From: Nemertoderma westbladi
Taxonomy: Eukaryota > Animalia > Xenacoelomorpha
Reading direction: 5' to 3'
Assembly: GCA_032718475.1 (NCBI GenBank)
Contig: JAUCBJ010007809.1
Location: 22,115-86,114, forward strand
Length of the DNA: 64,000 nucleotides
The notes below the pieces were generated by a model. The model was not told where the DNA came from. It ran no database searches and saw only the letters and a list, made by a program, of their open reading frames with translations. Numbering within the stretch: position 1 is the stretch's first letter; the number at the start of each line of letters is the position of its first letter. Below are positions 1 through 11,900 of this stretch, piece after piece. The position numbers and the translations under genes are program-made.

Positions 1-727
1 TTAAAAAGGCGCTGATTAGCCCCCCCGTACTAGCGCCCTTCGACATAACCCGAGAAACCCGCCTTGAAACAGATGCCAGCAGGCTATATGGCTTTGGATT
101 CGACCTCCAACAACTACATGGTAACGACTGGAATATAGTCGCATGTGGGAGCCGATTCCTTTCCGACCCGGAAACACGGTATGCGGTAATAGAGTTGGAG
201 AGTATCGCAATTCATTATGCCATCTCGAAGTGACGACTATATCTTGCTGGCTTACCCGAAATTCACCGTTGTCACTGATCACCGTCCTCTGTTGGCAATT
301 TTCAATTCATACAACCTCGATCAGATCGCAAGATACAAAAGATCAAGGCAGATTTACAATCAAGATACCAATTTGAATTAATATGGCAAAAGGGAAAACA
401 ACATCGCATCGCAGATGCACTTAGGACTACGAGCTGCAGCACGCGTCGATCCAGAATTCCATCAACTCATTGAAAACATTCGGGACGACTTCCGCAAAGT
501 CCACACTGCACCACCTTCGGTACAAGAATACCGGTCGATCAGCGACAATTTGTTATTATACAACAATGACCTGGTATTGTTTGGGGACCGCCGCCTGGTA
601 ATACCAAGGTCACAGAGGAGCGAAGTTCATAAACAACTACACACCCCTCACCTCAGAGTCACTAGGACAAAACAGCGCGCGTGAAGTAGCGTCTATTGGG
701 CCCGGCATCAATGCCGATATTGAACGC
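1..727 (+). pseudogene. Disrupted Gypsy RNase H and integrase zinc-binding region
   Basis: Recognisable motifs (DAS, TDHRPL, LHTPHL...TKQRA) are broken by stops and frameshifts. Confidence 0.8.
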
Positions 728-1696
728 ATGGTTAGCCAATGTGACACCTGTCAGGGAGTACTACCCAGCCTCTCCAAGGAGACATTACAGACAGACCCTG
801 TACCCAACCGCGCATTCCAATCCGCTTCCTCTGATCTATTCGAACTTGGTGGAAAACACTTCCTGGTATATACAGATCGTTACTCCGGCTTCCCTATAGT
901 GGCGGAGTGGAACGCCGATCCATCTAGCCAGCAGTGTGTTAATGTAATAAGGAAATGGTTCACTGACACAGGCGTGCCAAATATTCTGCGCACAGACGGC
1001 GGCCCACAGTTTGCCGCAGAAACATTTAAAACGTTCCTCAAGCATTGGGGAGTTAGATGGCAACCAAGCACCCCGCACTTTCCCAGTAGTAACGGACATG
1101 CGGAGTCAAGCGTAAAGCAGATAAAAATGCTACTACGAAAACTCCAGAACCTGAGTATTCATTCCGAAAAGTTCCAAGAGGGACTTCTGGAGTACCGGAA
1201 TACTCCACGGTCCAATGGGCGCTCCCCGAACGAGATCGTATATGGCCGACGACTAAGAACCAGACTACCTTGCCACCACTCTAACTCTAAACAATTGTGG
1301 CAGGAAGATGTTAAGCGCGCGGATCAAAAAGCCACGGATCTGCACGGACTACATGCGGAACAATACAACCGATCTGCGAGAGATCTGAAACCACTTGCTG
1401 TTGGTGATCAGGTCCGGATACCGGACCATACCTCTAAGAAATGGACCCATATTGGTCAGGTCGTTGAAGTTGGGAAACGGAGGGATTACCATGTTAAACT
1501 CCCATCTGGATGCATTTGGTGGCGAAACTGGCGATTCTTACGCCCCTACCACCAACCGCCGTCATCACGGACTGAAACTGGAATTAACTCAGAAACAATG
1601 CTGGTAGTAGGACCACGACGAAGTACACGCAACAACCGCCAACAAACCGTCCGTTTCGGCGAAACCGAAACTCGAACCTTCACCCCACTGTCATAA
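728..1696 (+). CDS. Gypsy integrase catalytic core and C-terminus (Mag/K02A2.6-like)
   Basis: DLF...TDRYSG...TDGGPQF...STPHFPSSNGHAES (D,D-35-E), and LLEYRNTP...SPNE. Confidence 0.9.
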   Translation: MVSQCDTCQGVLPSLSKETLQTDPVPNRAFQSASSDLFELGGKHFLVYTDRYSGFPIVAEWNADPSSQQCVNVIRKWFTDTGVPNILRTDGGPQFAAETFKTFLKHWGVRWQPSTPHFPSSNGHAESSVKQIKMLLRKLQNLSIHSEKFQEGLLEYRNTPRSNGRSPNEIVYGRRLRTRLPCHHSNSKQLWQEDVKRADQKATDLHGLHAEQYNRSARDLKPLAVGDQVRIPDHTSKKWTHIGQVVEVGKRRDYHVKLPSGCIWWRNWRFLRPYHQPPSSRTETGINSETMLVVGPRRSTRNNRQQTVRFGETETRTFTPLS

Positions 1697-1747
1697 CTGA
1701 TCAAAACAAACTGAACTAGTTTCGATCGCGGAGGGAAAAGGGAATGG

Positions 1748-2159
1748 TGTATCCATGTAGGATGGTACTATTGTAAGATATGGCTCGCCCCTTTACTTAC
1801 TATATATTATGGTGTCGGTGTAAGATTTATTGTTGTACAGCAGTACTGTGCTTATCTCTATTATTATACTTATTGCTGTATTGACTGCACTATATATATC
1901 AGCTTTCTATACAGACCAGATAATAACCTAATTCTCGGCTCCCACCTCTGTGGGAGTGCTTCCCCCCCCCCCCCCCTGCTGCTGTTGCTTTCCCTCTCTA
2001 GGAGGTTTAACCTCTGACCTCCGTTTGTGTGTGGCTCTTTGGGGTTTGTTGTCCACATTATTGGTTGTGATGGCGATTAATCTTGTATCCCCAATATTGC
2101 TGAAAAGAGTGCCATTTCCCAACTTTATGGTGTGGTGAGCAGAATTGAATCCACTAACA
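1748..2159 (+). repeat. 3' LTR of the Gypsy element (412 bp)
   Basis: Starts TGT directly after the PPT and ends AACA at the satellite junction; its partner LTR is outside the window. Confidence 0.75.
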
Positions 2160-2727
2160 TAATCAACTGTTATTTGCTACGTCTTTCCACTGGAGATGGA
2201 TGAATTTTGATTGTGTCAGAACACCCCCTATCTGTGGCTTTCTGAGTGGAGAGATAAGTAGTCTATCTCCCTATTAATATTGTTGTGTTCTAGAATATTT
2301 ATTATTGTTTCATCGTATTGCTAAAGTGGCTGGAGCTAAAGTTATTATGTAATGCAATAATTCACCTCAAATATCTCAGCTATTTCATGAACATAATGAA
2401 GTATTAAAGCCATGTCAAAATCATTGGTGTTTTTCTGCAATATTTTATCATAATATCCTCTGAGTGTTTTCAAAAACCATATCGATTTTCATATTTATAA
2501 CTTCTATCCCACTCCACGAGATATAGAATCTTAAATGAGCGTCAAAAGAACAGGTAACACTTACATTTATAGAAGTATTCAACTGTTATTTGCTACGACT
2601 TTCCGCTGGAGATGGATGAATTTTGATTGTGTCAGAACACCCCCTACCTGTGGCTTTCTGAGTGGAGAGAAAAGTAGCCTATCTCCCTATTAATATTGTT
2701 GTGTTCTAGAATATTTTTTATAGTTTC

Positions 2728-5322
2728 TGATGAATTATTTCACTATAAGATAGCATTTATACTTTAACTTTAACGTAAAAACTTTCGAAAATCCGACGCA
2801 TTTGAGTAAGTTACAGTAATGTAATATGCCTATTCATATTTGTACACATAAAACCCCTAGTTACTCTCGTGGCATAGTGGTCAACGATGAGCATGGTCAT
2901 CGAACGATGAGCAGGGCCAATCATAGGGCATAGAACATCTTATTGCTCCAATGTGAGGCTATGGAAAATTCTGTTTGGATTCCATGTCCCTATGGAAAAT
3001 TCTGTTTGGATTCCATATCCAAGATTTAGTGTATATAAAGGCTGGTTTGCCTTCGGTTATCACCTTGCACTAATCATTCGGCCCCATTCTGTCGTTTTTA
3101 GTTTCTTGTTGAAACTATTTGTAAATCTGTTTGATAAATCTTTTGCTAAACTGTAAATACACTGTCAACTTCTGAACATGTTTTTCTTTGGTCCAACTTT
3201 GGGACAGCCAAACATCGGGAAGATGGCCGCCTAGACCATTAGGCTGTCAGCAACGCAGGGAAAGAATGTCCACAACACGCTAGCGCCCACATTAGGTTAG
3301 ACCGCGCACCCCCTTCGCCCTACGAAATGCTCAACTTGCCATGCAGCGCCCGCTTTATGAGGAAGGTAAGACTTTGTTCGACGCCCTTGCCCGACGTAAG
3401 ACCTATAGATCAGGGTAAGCGTGACGCAGTTCTGGGACGCCGCAAAATTTAGGATCAAATAACGAAGTTCTAAAGGCAGAACCCCTTTGTCAGTCCTGCA
3501 AATCCCTGGGTTACCTGTATACCTCACAGGTGCGAGCTATTGCCGTTCGTCAGTGCGCAAGTACATATTAGGTACGGACAGCATACGTTCCATAATTTAG
3601 TGATTTGTTAGTACTGACTGTTTGGTACCGGTTCGCTTTGTGGAACATACATTAGTACACCCCCCCCCCCCCCCTGCTGAAGTTAGTTATTTGATCAGGC
3701 AAGGAGTATTTCTGCACACCGCTTGGCCTAGGGAGGTTTTATTAATATCCTACCGCGCCTTGCCACGTACTGATAGGTATTTGCTGCTAACTACCGCAGC
3801 AACAAAGTTCTAGAATCAAATTTGTATACCAGAACAGCTAGCGTACGGTAGCAATTAACCCCTATTTCTTATCTTACAACCAGAATCTGGTATTTGTGCC
3901 AATCACGGGTGTAGTTACTAACACCGTGGTTGCCCAGTTGAGTTGTGGATAGGAAGGAGAGAGCTTTGACGTCATTTGCAAGTATAAAGTTCTACACGAA
4001 GTGGGGACTTCGCGCAGCACGAAGTTGGCAGAGCCTTAGCGAATTGACACTGTTAGGGGGTAGGTCAATTTATGCAAATAGTCACGTTGGCCCTCTAGCG
4101 GCAGACTGGAGAACTGCAGATGGATTCGCTTCCTTTGAAAGTCACAGCTAATGGTCTAATACATATCTGCCAAGTTTCAGCTTAAACGGATTAAAAGCAA
4201 AGAAATGGGAGGGCATTTAATGTTTAGACATGTGGCCCTCTAGCGGGAGACCATTGCACTGATGGTGTCTGAAAGTCTCTCAAAAATCTCAACTTTTGCT
4301 CATATTGATACCTACAAATTTTTAACTTGGCAGCTTTAAATCCGACAAAGTTATTAGCATGTCAAAATCGTAACGACGACGACAACGACGACGACAACGA
4401 CGACGACGACGACAACGACGACGACAACTATTTGCATAAATTGACCCACCCCCTAACAGTGTCAATTCGCTAAGGCTCCGCCAACTTCGTGGCTCGCCCC
4501 ACAAAACGCGACTAGCTTATTTTCGTAGCTAGCGCACGGTATTGTTTTGGTCAGAGAATTACTAAAACCTAGTAAATGATATACACCAAAATTGTTTTAT
4601 TGTAACACACCCACACACACACGCCCTAAAACATATTTACCCTTAGAGTTCTACTAGTTATAGCGCATTTTAGGTTACTTTAGGCAGAATTTATTTGTAC
4701 TTTACTATTCGTATTTGTAAAATTAGGATCAGATATTTAGTTACGGCAAGGGAGTATTTCATTATTTCGTTATTAAACTGTTGTTTGCCTAGAGCAGCAG
4801 TATTGTTACATTAGGCACGACCCATTTTAGACTGATTCAGACAGGGAGATCAGTATTGTAACACTACGCCTGTAACCCACCTAGCTCGTATATAAACCAT
4901 ATAAATCACACCGCGGCAAGTTGCGGTATTTAGGGCTGTCAGCGATAGTTAGGATTCACTGCGCGGGGATTGTTTTCCCGTGAGTTTGGTCTGTTACTGT
5001 AACTGTACATCTGCCATACTGGTATCCTTTTGTCTAGTTCGTAGGTATTAGACCCGCTCACGTACATAGAATAGACACCAGGCTCTGCTCCTCGCCAGTA
5101 GTAGTTTGTGTATTGTATCTGTTTGTTTAGATATCCTGGACTGGGATTTGTTGTCAGATACTGTACGAACCCGTTTCATTACTAGAGTCTTACAGTAAGA
5201 TACATAGTTACTAGGATCTGGTAAGCGGTATACTACTGGACTTTATGGTTAGAGATATTCTATAGCTTCATATTAGTAGATTTGTAGGCCATAGGGTAGT
5301 CCCTACCGTAGAGGACACAACA
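2728..5322. mobile_element. Probable solo LTR (~2.1 kb plus a nested 0.5-kb element)
   Basis: TG...CA termini, 5-bp TSD GTTTC (2723-2727 and 5323-5327) in the satellite, and no convincing ORF. Confidence 0.8.
4001..4502 (-). mobile_element. Non-autonomous inverted-repeat element, possibly Helentron-associated (HINE/DINE-1-like)
   Basis: ~65-bp subterminal inverted arms (~4018-4082 and ~4427-4491), (CGA/CAA)n microsatellite at 4372-4428, small hairpin ACTTCG..CGAAGT at one end, A-runs on both flanks, no clear TSD. Confidence 0.55.
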
Positions 5323-6964
5323 GTTTCATCGTATTGCCAAAGTGACTGGAGCTGAAGTTAACTCATAATACAATAATTCACCTCAAATATCTCAGCTATT
5401 TCATGAACATAATGAAAAATAAAAGCCATGTCAAAATCTTTGGTATTTTTCTGCAATAATTTATCAAAATATCCTCTGATTCTTTACTATAACCATATCG
5501 ATTTTAATATTTATAACTTCTAACCCACTCCACGAGATAGAGAATCTTAAATGAAAGTCAAAAGAACAGGTAACACTTACATTTATAGCAGTAATCAGCT
5601 GTTATATGCTACGTCTTTCCGCTGGAGATGGATGAATTTTGGTTGTGTTAGAACACCCCCTATCTGTGGTTGTATGAGTGGAGAGATAAGTATCCTATCT
5701 TCCTATTAATATTGTTGTGTTCTAGAATATTTATTATTGTTTCATCGTATTGCTAAAGTGGCTGGAGCTAAAGTTATTATGTAATGCCATAATTCACCTC
5801 AAATATCTCAGCTATTTCATGAACATAATGAAGTATTAAAGCCATGTCAAAATACTTGGTGTTTTTCTGTAATAATTTATCAAAATATCCTCTGATTACT
5901 TACTATAACCATATCGATTTTAATATTTATAACTTCTAACCCACTCCACGAGATAGAGAATCTTAAATGAAAGTCAAAAGAACAGGTAACACTTACATTT
6001 ATAGCAGTAATCAGCTGTTATATGCTACGTATTTCTGCTGGAGATGAATGAATTTTGATTGTGTCAGAACACCCCCTATCTGTGGCTGTCTAAGTGGAGA
6101 GATAAGTATCCTATTTCCGTGTTAATATTACTGTATTCTAGAATATTTATTTTTGGTTCATCGTATTGCTAAAGTGGCTGGAGCTAAAGTTATTATGTAA
6201 TGCAATAATTCACCTCAAATATCTCAGCTATTTCATGAACATAAAATGAAGAATTAAAGCCATGTCAAAATCATTGGTGTTTTTCTGCAATAATTTTTCA
6301 AAATATCCTCTGATTTTTTTCAAAAACCATATAGATTTTCTTATTTATATCTTCTAACCCACTCCACGAGATAGAGAATCTTAAATGAAAGTTAAAAGAA
6401 CAAGTAACACTTACATTTATAGAAGTAATCAGCTGTTATTTGTTATGTCTTACCGCTGAAGATGAATGAATTTTGATTGTGTCAGAACACCCCTATCTGT
6501 GGTTGTATGAGTGGAGAGATAAGTATCCTATCTTCATATTAATATTGTTGTGTTCTAGAATATTTTTTATAGTTTCATCGTATTGCCAAAGTGACTGGAG
6601 CTGAAGTTAACTCATAATACAATAATTCACCTCAAATATCTCAGCTATTTCATGAACATAATGAAGAATAAAAGCCATGTTAAAATCTTTGGTATTTTGC
6701 TGCAATAATTTATCAAAATATCCTCTGATTCTTTACTATAACCATATCGATTTTCATATTTATAACTTCTAACCCACTCCTCGAGATAGAGAATCTTAAA
6801 TGAAAGTCAAAAGAAAAGGTAACACTTACATTTATAGCAGTAATCAGCTGTTATATGCTAAGTATTTTCGCTGGAGATGAATGAATTTTGATTGCGTCAG
6901 AACACCCCCTATCTGTGATTGTATGAGTGGAGAGATAAGTATCCTATCTCCATATTAATATTGT

Positions 6965-8250
6965 TGTTCGCGCTTTTAAGACCTTTGGCAGTTTAACCCG
7001 CCAAATCTATATGTCTTCTAGGTTATAAATCTACTCCAGCCTATGACAAGTATTGAACACCTATAATAATTCTAACATTAGCCGAAGCCAGTCTGTGCGC
7101 GACCATTCACCCGCTGGATATACCCGGGAGACTGGATTCGGATGCTTTAATTTGATTGCGGTGCAGGCCTACCGTATTATTCGATTGATGATCGTTAATA
7201 TAATTCCTGACAAATATCATTCACTTTCGGGAAATATTAGCAGTTCCTTTAGGACGTGGCGCTCTATCTATATAAATAGAGCTATGGCTTACACTAAACA
7301 CAACGGTATGTCTTATAGATCACCAAAGTGCATTCTTTAGGAAATGCTTTGTTACTCGGTCAAGCGCACACAGACTATTGCACACAACTGCACACTGAAT
7401 TGCCGATATTCACTGATTTTAATCATATATAAAGAGAATAACAACCGACATTTGTAGGGCCTATTAGGTAGCATTGAATTCACTACAAACCACGATAATG
7501 TATGTCGCAAATTGTTATATGTAACCGGTCTCTCTAACCTTAGTGTATCAAGAAGATTGGGTTTTCGGATCGTTATCAATATTCTTCCCAATAATAATAT
7601 GTAAACGAACGATACAATTAACAACACAGTAAATAGCAGTAAATAATGCGGCGAAAAGCAGTTTACGTCAGGGTGCTTAATCAGGTGCCTGACAAGCAAG
7701 TACTGAGGTACCGAGTACCGAGTAGCAGGACCAGGTAGTCGTATATGCCCCGACCAAGTGTACTCAACCAAGATAACAGTTTGATGATCTTATAATTAAA
7801 GACGCTCTAATGTTAGGAAACATTCCACAGCCGGTGTTCTAGGCGTGGTGGAAACGTCAGTACTGAATCCTGTGATTCTGCTGTACAGCTTTTACACAAA
7901 GAGGGAATCTCTGATTGGTTGAATGGCAAAAAGCTCCACGTGGACACAGCTGATAGATGTCGTCATTTGAGCTGAGCAGAACAAAGCACCAAGGCAAGGC
8001 TCCGGGCAAGCTACACGTGTAAAGCTCAGCCGTTAGCTGTCGTCATAGTAACTACACTGTTTCAAGAGGATCTAGGGCGTTGCGTCATAGAATTGCTAAT
8101 TATGTCCTCTAAAGTACACATACAGAAGAAATAGCTTTTATGTCCCCTAAAAACACCGGTACAGTAAGGAAACGGCTTTTATGTCCGTTAAAACACCTAC
8201 AGAGTACTTTACGGGAAAAATAACCAGCTAATTCCGCAAAAGCTTTTACA
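6965..8250 (-). mobile_element. Solo LTR (1286 bp), related to the LTR at 59111-60302
   Basis: TG...CA termini and TSD ATTGT (6960-6964 and 8251-8255). Both ends match the reverse complement of the 59111-60302 ends. Confidence 0.9.
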
Positions 8251-8382
8251 ATTGTTGTGTTCTAGAATATTTTTTATAGTTTCATCGTATTGCCAAAGTG
8301 ACTGGAGCTGAAGTTAACTCATAATACAATAATTCACCTCAAATATCTCAGCTATTTCATGAACATAATGAAGAATAAAAGC

Positions 8383-8966
8383 TGTTAAACTAGCTACCCC
8401 TGTACTAACTGCAGAACCGCTAAAACATACAAAGACGTGCTTTACTGTTAAACTAGCGGGTCCCTGCCTAACCAATAAAGACACAAAGACTGCTCTATTG
8501 TTAAACAGGGGTAATCAGGAGCGTGTTATCACTAATGTAGGGCTGCTAAATACAAAACCGCTACTCACCGTTGGATGGCGCTAACCTGCAGTCCACTAAT
8601 ATATGTTATTAATTTTCTACGGCTCCTGCTAATCGCTTGTTCCTTTCTCTGCCGATCGCTCAATAGCTGTTCGAACTATTCGAACATGTTAACTGTTCGA
8701 ACATATGAGCCACGCGGGAATAACCAAAACAATAAACCCGAATCGGCTCCCTAAGCTTACTTAAGACGAGTGTGAGAGGCTTTACACTCACAGTGTATTC
8801 TTATGGCCTAATCTTACTGTTAAAACGCGCTAATAATTACATCTTTTCTAATCACAAATACTGGGGTTCCCTAACGGAATGTGTGAATGTGAGAATATTT
8901 AAATATTCAAAAAATGGTACAGTTTTTTATATCAGGGAATGATACCTACTATGGGACTAAACTACA
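8383..8966. other. Unidentified TG...CA segment joining the satellite to a truncated Bel/Pao copy (possible recombinant LTR)
   Basis: Starts TGTTAAAC where the satellite breaks, ends ACTACA where Bel homology starts, and has repeated TGTTAAA motifs. The flanks (AAAGC and GGTTG) do not form a TSD. Confidence 0.35.
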
Positions 8967-11900
8967 GGTTGACGTCGCGAGAGGGTGGATGAAGCGTCGA
9001 GCCTGATCAGAAGAGGGAAGAAGAACAGTGGAGTTTAACCGGGAGGTCGACGAGAGATCTCACGAGTGGGAATACTGCACTGAAAAGAGAAGAGGAGAAG
9101 AAAGTAGAAGAAGTGTCGTCGCGAACGACAGGAGAGCGAGGACGGACAGCGAGCCGTCGGTAGTCGAGGTGGAAACGGAGAGTCAGTGGGGTCAAACTTT
9201 GGGAGATTGCCGTCGTCCCGGAGAAACGCGACCTGACAAGATGCACTACGCGTCGAGAGGGGGGTACACGATGTACCGGCATGAAGATGAGAGGAGTAGA
9301 GAGGGTCAAAGAGAAACTTTCCGACGGGATTTTCCTACCGATCGAGGATACGGTAGCCGCGGGGAGGATTATTCAAGAAGATTAAACTTCGATCCGGAAC
9401 GACACATACAGACTGCAGGACATACTGTAGGCCTTACTGCACATACTATAGGCTATGCTGGGAGAGATAATGTAGGCGATAGGGTAGCGCGAAGGACGGG
9501 ATTAAACCCGGAAGTCGCGGAGTACATACCGGCAGGTAGGCCAGAAGCTGATAGGCCTATACCGGTACCAGCACAGCAGTATGACTACAGCATGCAAGGA
9601 CATAACATACCAAGGGGAGGGGGGAATTATTGTGGATAGGTGCATGGGCCCCAATATATTAACATCAACCCCAGTACCAAACATACCGGTGGGGGGGGGG
9701 GGGGGGCAGGGTGACATTTCCCCATCACAATATCAACAATATACCCCAGTAGGAGCAAGAACAACAAACCCCTTGGACGAGAATAGATCATGCGACACCA
9801 AAATATGGAGAGGGCCGCTACCCCCGATGATATATCCGAGTCAAAAGAAAACAGCAAATAGGACGAACGGACGCACCCAGAAGGAGAAACTATACAGCAC
9901 CCATCGAACCCATTGGAAGCGCAAGCGATGGGGATGGCTGCATTAATCGATGCCTTAAAAACCAGGATCGAGCTACCACCTGTGGAACCATTCAAATTCG
10001 ATGGGAGTAGGCCGGAAGAATATCTACAGTTTCGGCGCATGTATAGTAACGAAATACTGACAAAGAACTTGACGCAGGCGGAGTGCCTAAAGTATTTGCA
10101 AGTATATACAGGAGGCCCAGCATACGACATCGTGAGGCAATACCAGGGCACAGAGGGCGGCTTCACGACAGCATGACGGGCACTGGACAGGGAATACGGG
10201 CACCCGGCCAAGATCATCCGGCAAACCCTGAAAGGCATAACATCGTGTGGCCTACAGGATAACCCCGTTAGCATAAATACATTCGCTAACAAATTCGAAA
10301 AGGCGCTAATCGTACTAAAGACACTGGATGCGCCATACGAACTCAACGCGTCTAACAACATCACTACTATAGCGCAGGCACTACCAATCTGGCTGCGCAA
10401 TAAGTGGAGAAAGATCGCATCTCCATTTGAGATAGGAAGTGTGCGGAACCGGGTTTAGAAGAGATGTCGCGCTTCTTAAATTACGAAGCCGAATTAATAA
10501 CCGACCCAGTCTATAGTGAGGACAGCCTGGGAAAGGGATCAAGAACAGATTACCATAGACCGAAACCAGAACACAATGCGTCGAACGCAGTACCAAAGCT
10601 CAGACAGTCACTGCTGTACGCAGGGACTACCAGTCCACAAGTAGCCGGGGATAAGACCACATCATGGGGTGGACAGGGGAAAAACAACAACAAAAATAAA
10701 CATAACCCCAGCATGCCCAGTAGGCTGAACCCAAACAATAAGAATAGTAGGGACTTTGGCACAAATATAAGTGCGATATGCAACACACTTTATAAGGATG
10801 GCTGCGACCCAAAGAGCAAATGCCAATTACATACAAATGCACTTCATCAGACCATGAACTGCAGGTACTGGCAGGCGCTACCCAGAGAAGATCAGGTGGA
10901 ATACGCGAGAAGAAATGAAATCTGTTTGCGATGTGTGATGAGTGGACATAGGGCTAGACAATGCGAGGAGACGCTGATTAAGTTTGGTCAAAGTAAAGGC
11001 CAAACGATGGCAACGAGCACAGTAGGGGCAAAGAAGAGAGGAACGGTACTACTTGGGGTAGTACCAGTGCGAGTGATCGGAGAAGGCAATCGATCGGTGA
11101 CCACACTGATGCTGGTCGACAGTGGTGCAGCCTTCACCTTAGTTAAGGATTGGGTGGCCGTAGAAATAGGATTGAGAATGAGGCCAAGTAGGATGGCGGT
11201 AACAACCATCTCCAGCAAGGATGAAGTCCTGGAGATGAGGACAGGACGGTGCGCGATAGCAGCGGTGGCACCGGGATGCGACTATGGGGCGACCATCGAC
11301 CCCATCCAGGTGATAGACTTGGTAAATATCAATGCCAGGCGGCCAACTAACATCGAGGTCGAACAATATAAATTCCTGGACAGTATCGATTTCTCAATCC
11401 CAGAGGTGGACGTTAGGAAAGTATCCATCATAGTAGGAATGGACTACCCGACGGCCCACAAAAGAATGCAAACGGTCTTCGGCGAAGACAAGCAGTGTGA
11501 CCCAGTGGCGATATTAACACCATTTGGGTGGACGCTGAGCGGCCCAATTAAGAGTAAAATACCATTCAGGATGTCGGAGACATCAGGCTGCATGTTTGCG
11601 GGAACTATGCGAGAAATAGAGGATGAGGGAGCGGAGGAGCAGCACAAGAGACTGCTCAGGCAGGATTTTGAGGGATCAAAAGAGACCGGGGTCGGAACGG
11701 TTGAGTAGCTACTGGACACAGGGCGCAAGGTTTGCAACATCCTTAAAAGATCCGGCTTTAACCTAACCAAATTGCAATCCAGTTCGAAGGAATTTATCAA
11801 GGCGATAAAAGATGAGAGACCAGGATCGACCATGGATAACCCCACGACAGCCAAGGGGCAGGACATGGCGACCAAACGTTTAGAGTTCCAACAGAAGGCA

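Larger units (their letters stand above)
1..2159 (+). mobile_element. 3' part of a Ty3/Gypsy LTR retrotransposon (RNase H - integrase - PPT - 3' LTR)
   Basis: RNase H motifs (ETDAS..., YAVIELE..., VTDHRPL) precede integrase, which is the Gypsy domain order. Purine tract GCGGAGGGAAAAGGGAATGG (1728-1747) abuts a TG...CA segment; satellite resumes at 2160. Confidence 0.9.
2160..8382 (+). repeat. ~417-bp satellite, + orientation (blocks 2160-2727, 5323-6964, 8251-8382)
   Basis: Landmark GTAATCAGCTG recurs at 5591, 6007 and 6425; the blocks are separated by solo LTRs. Confidence 0.95.
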
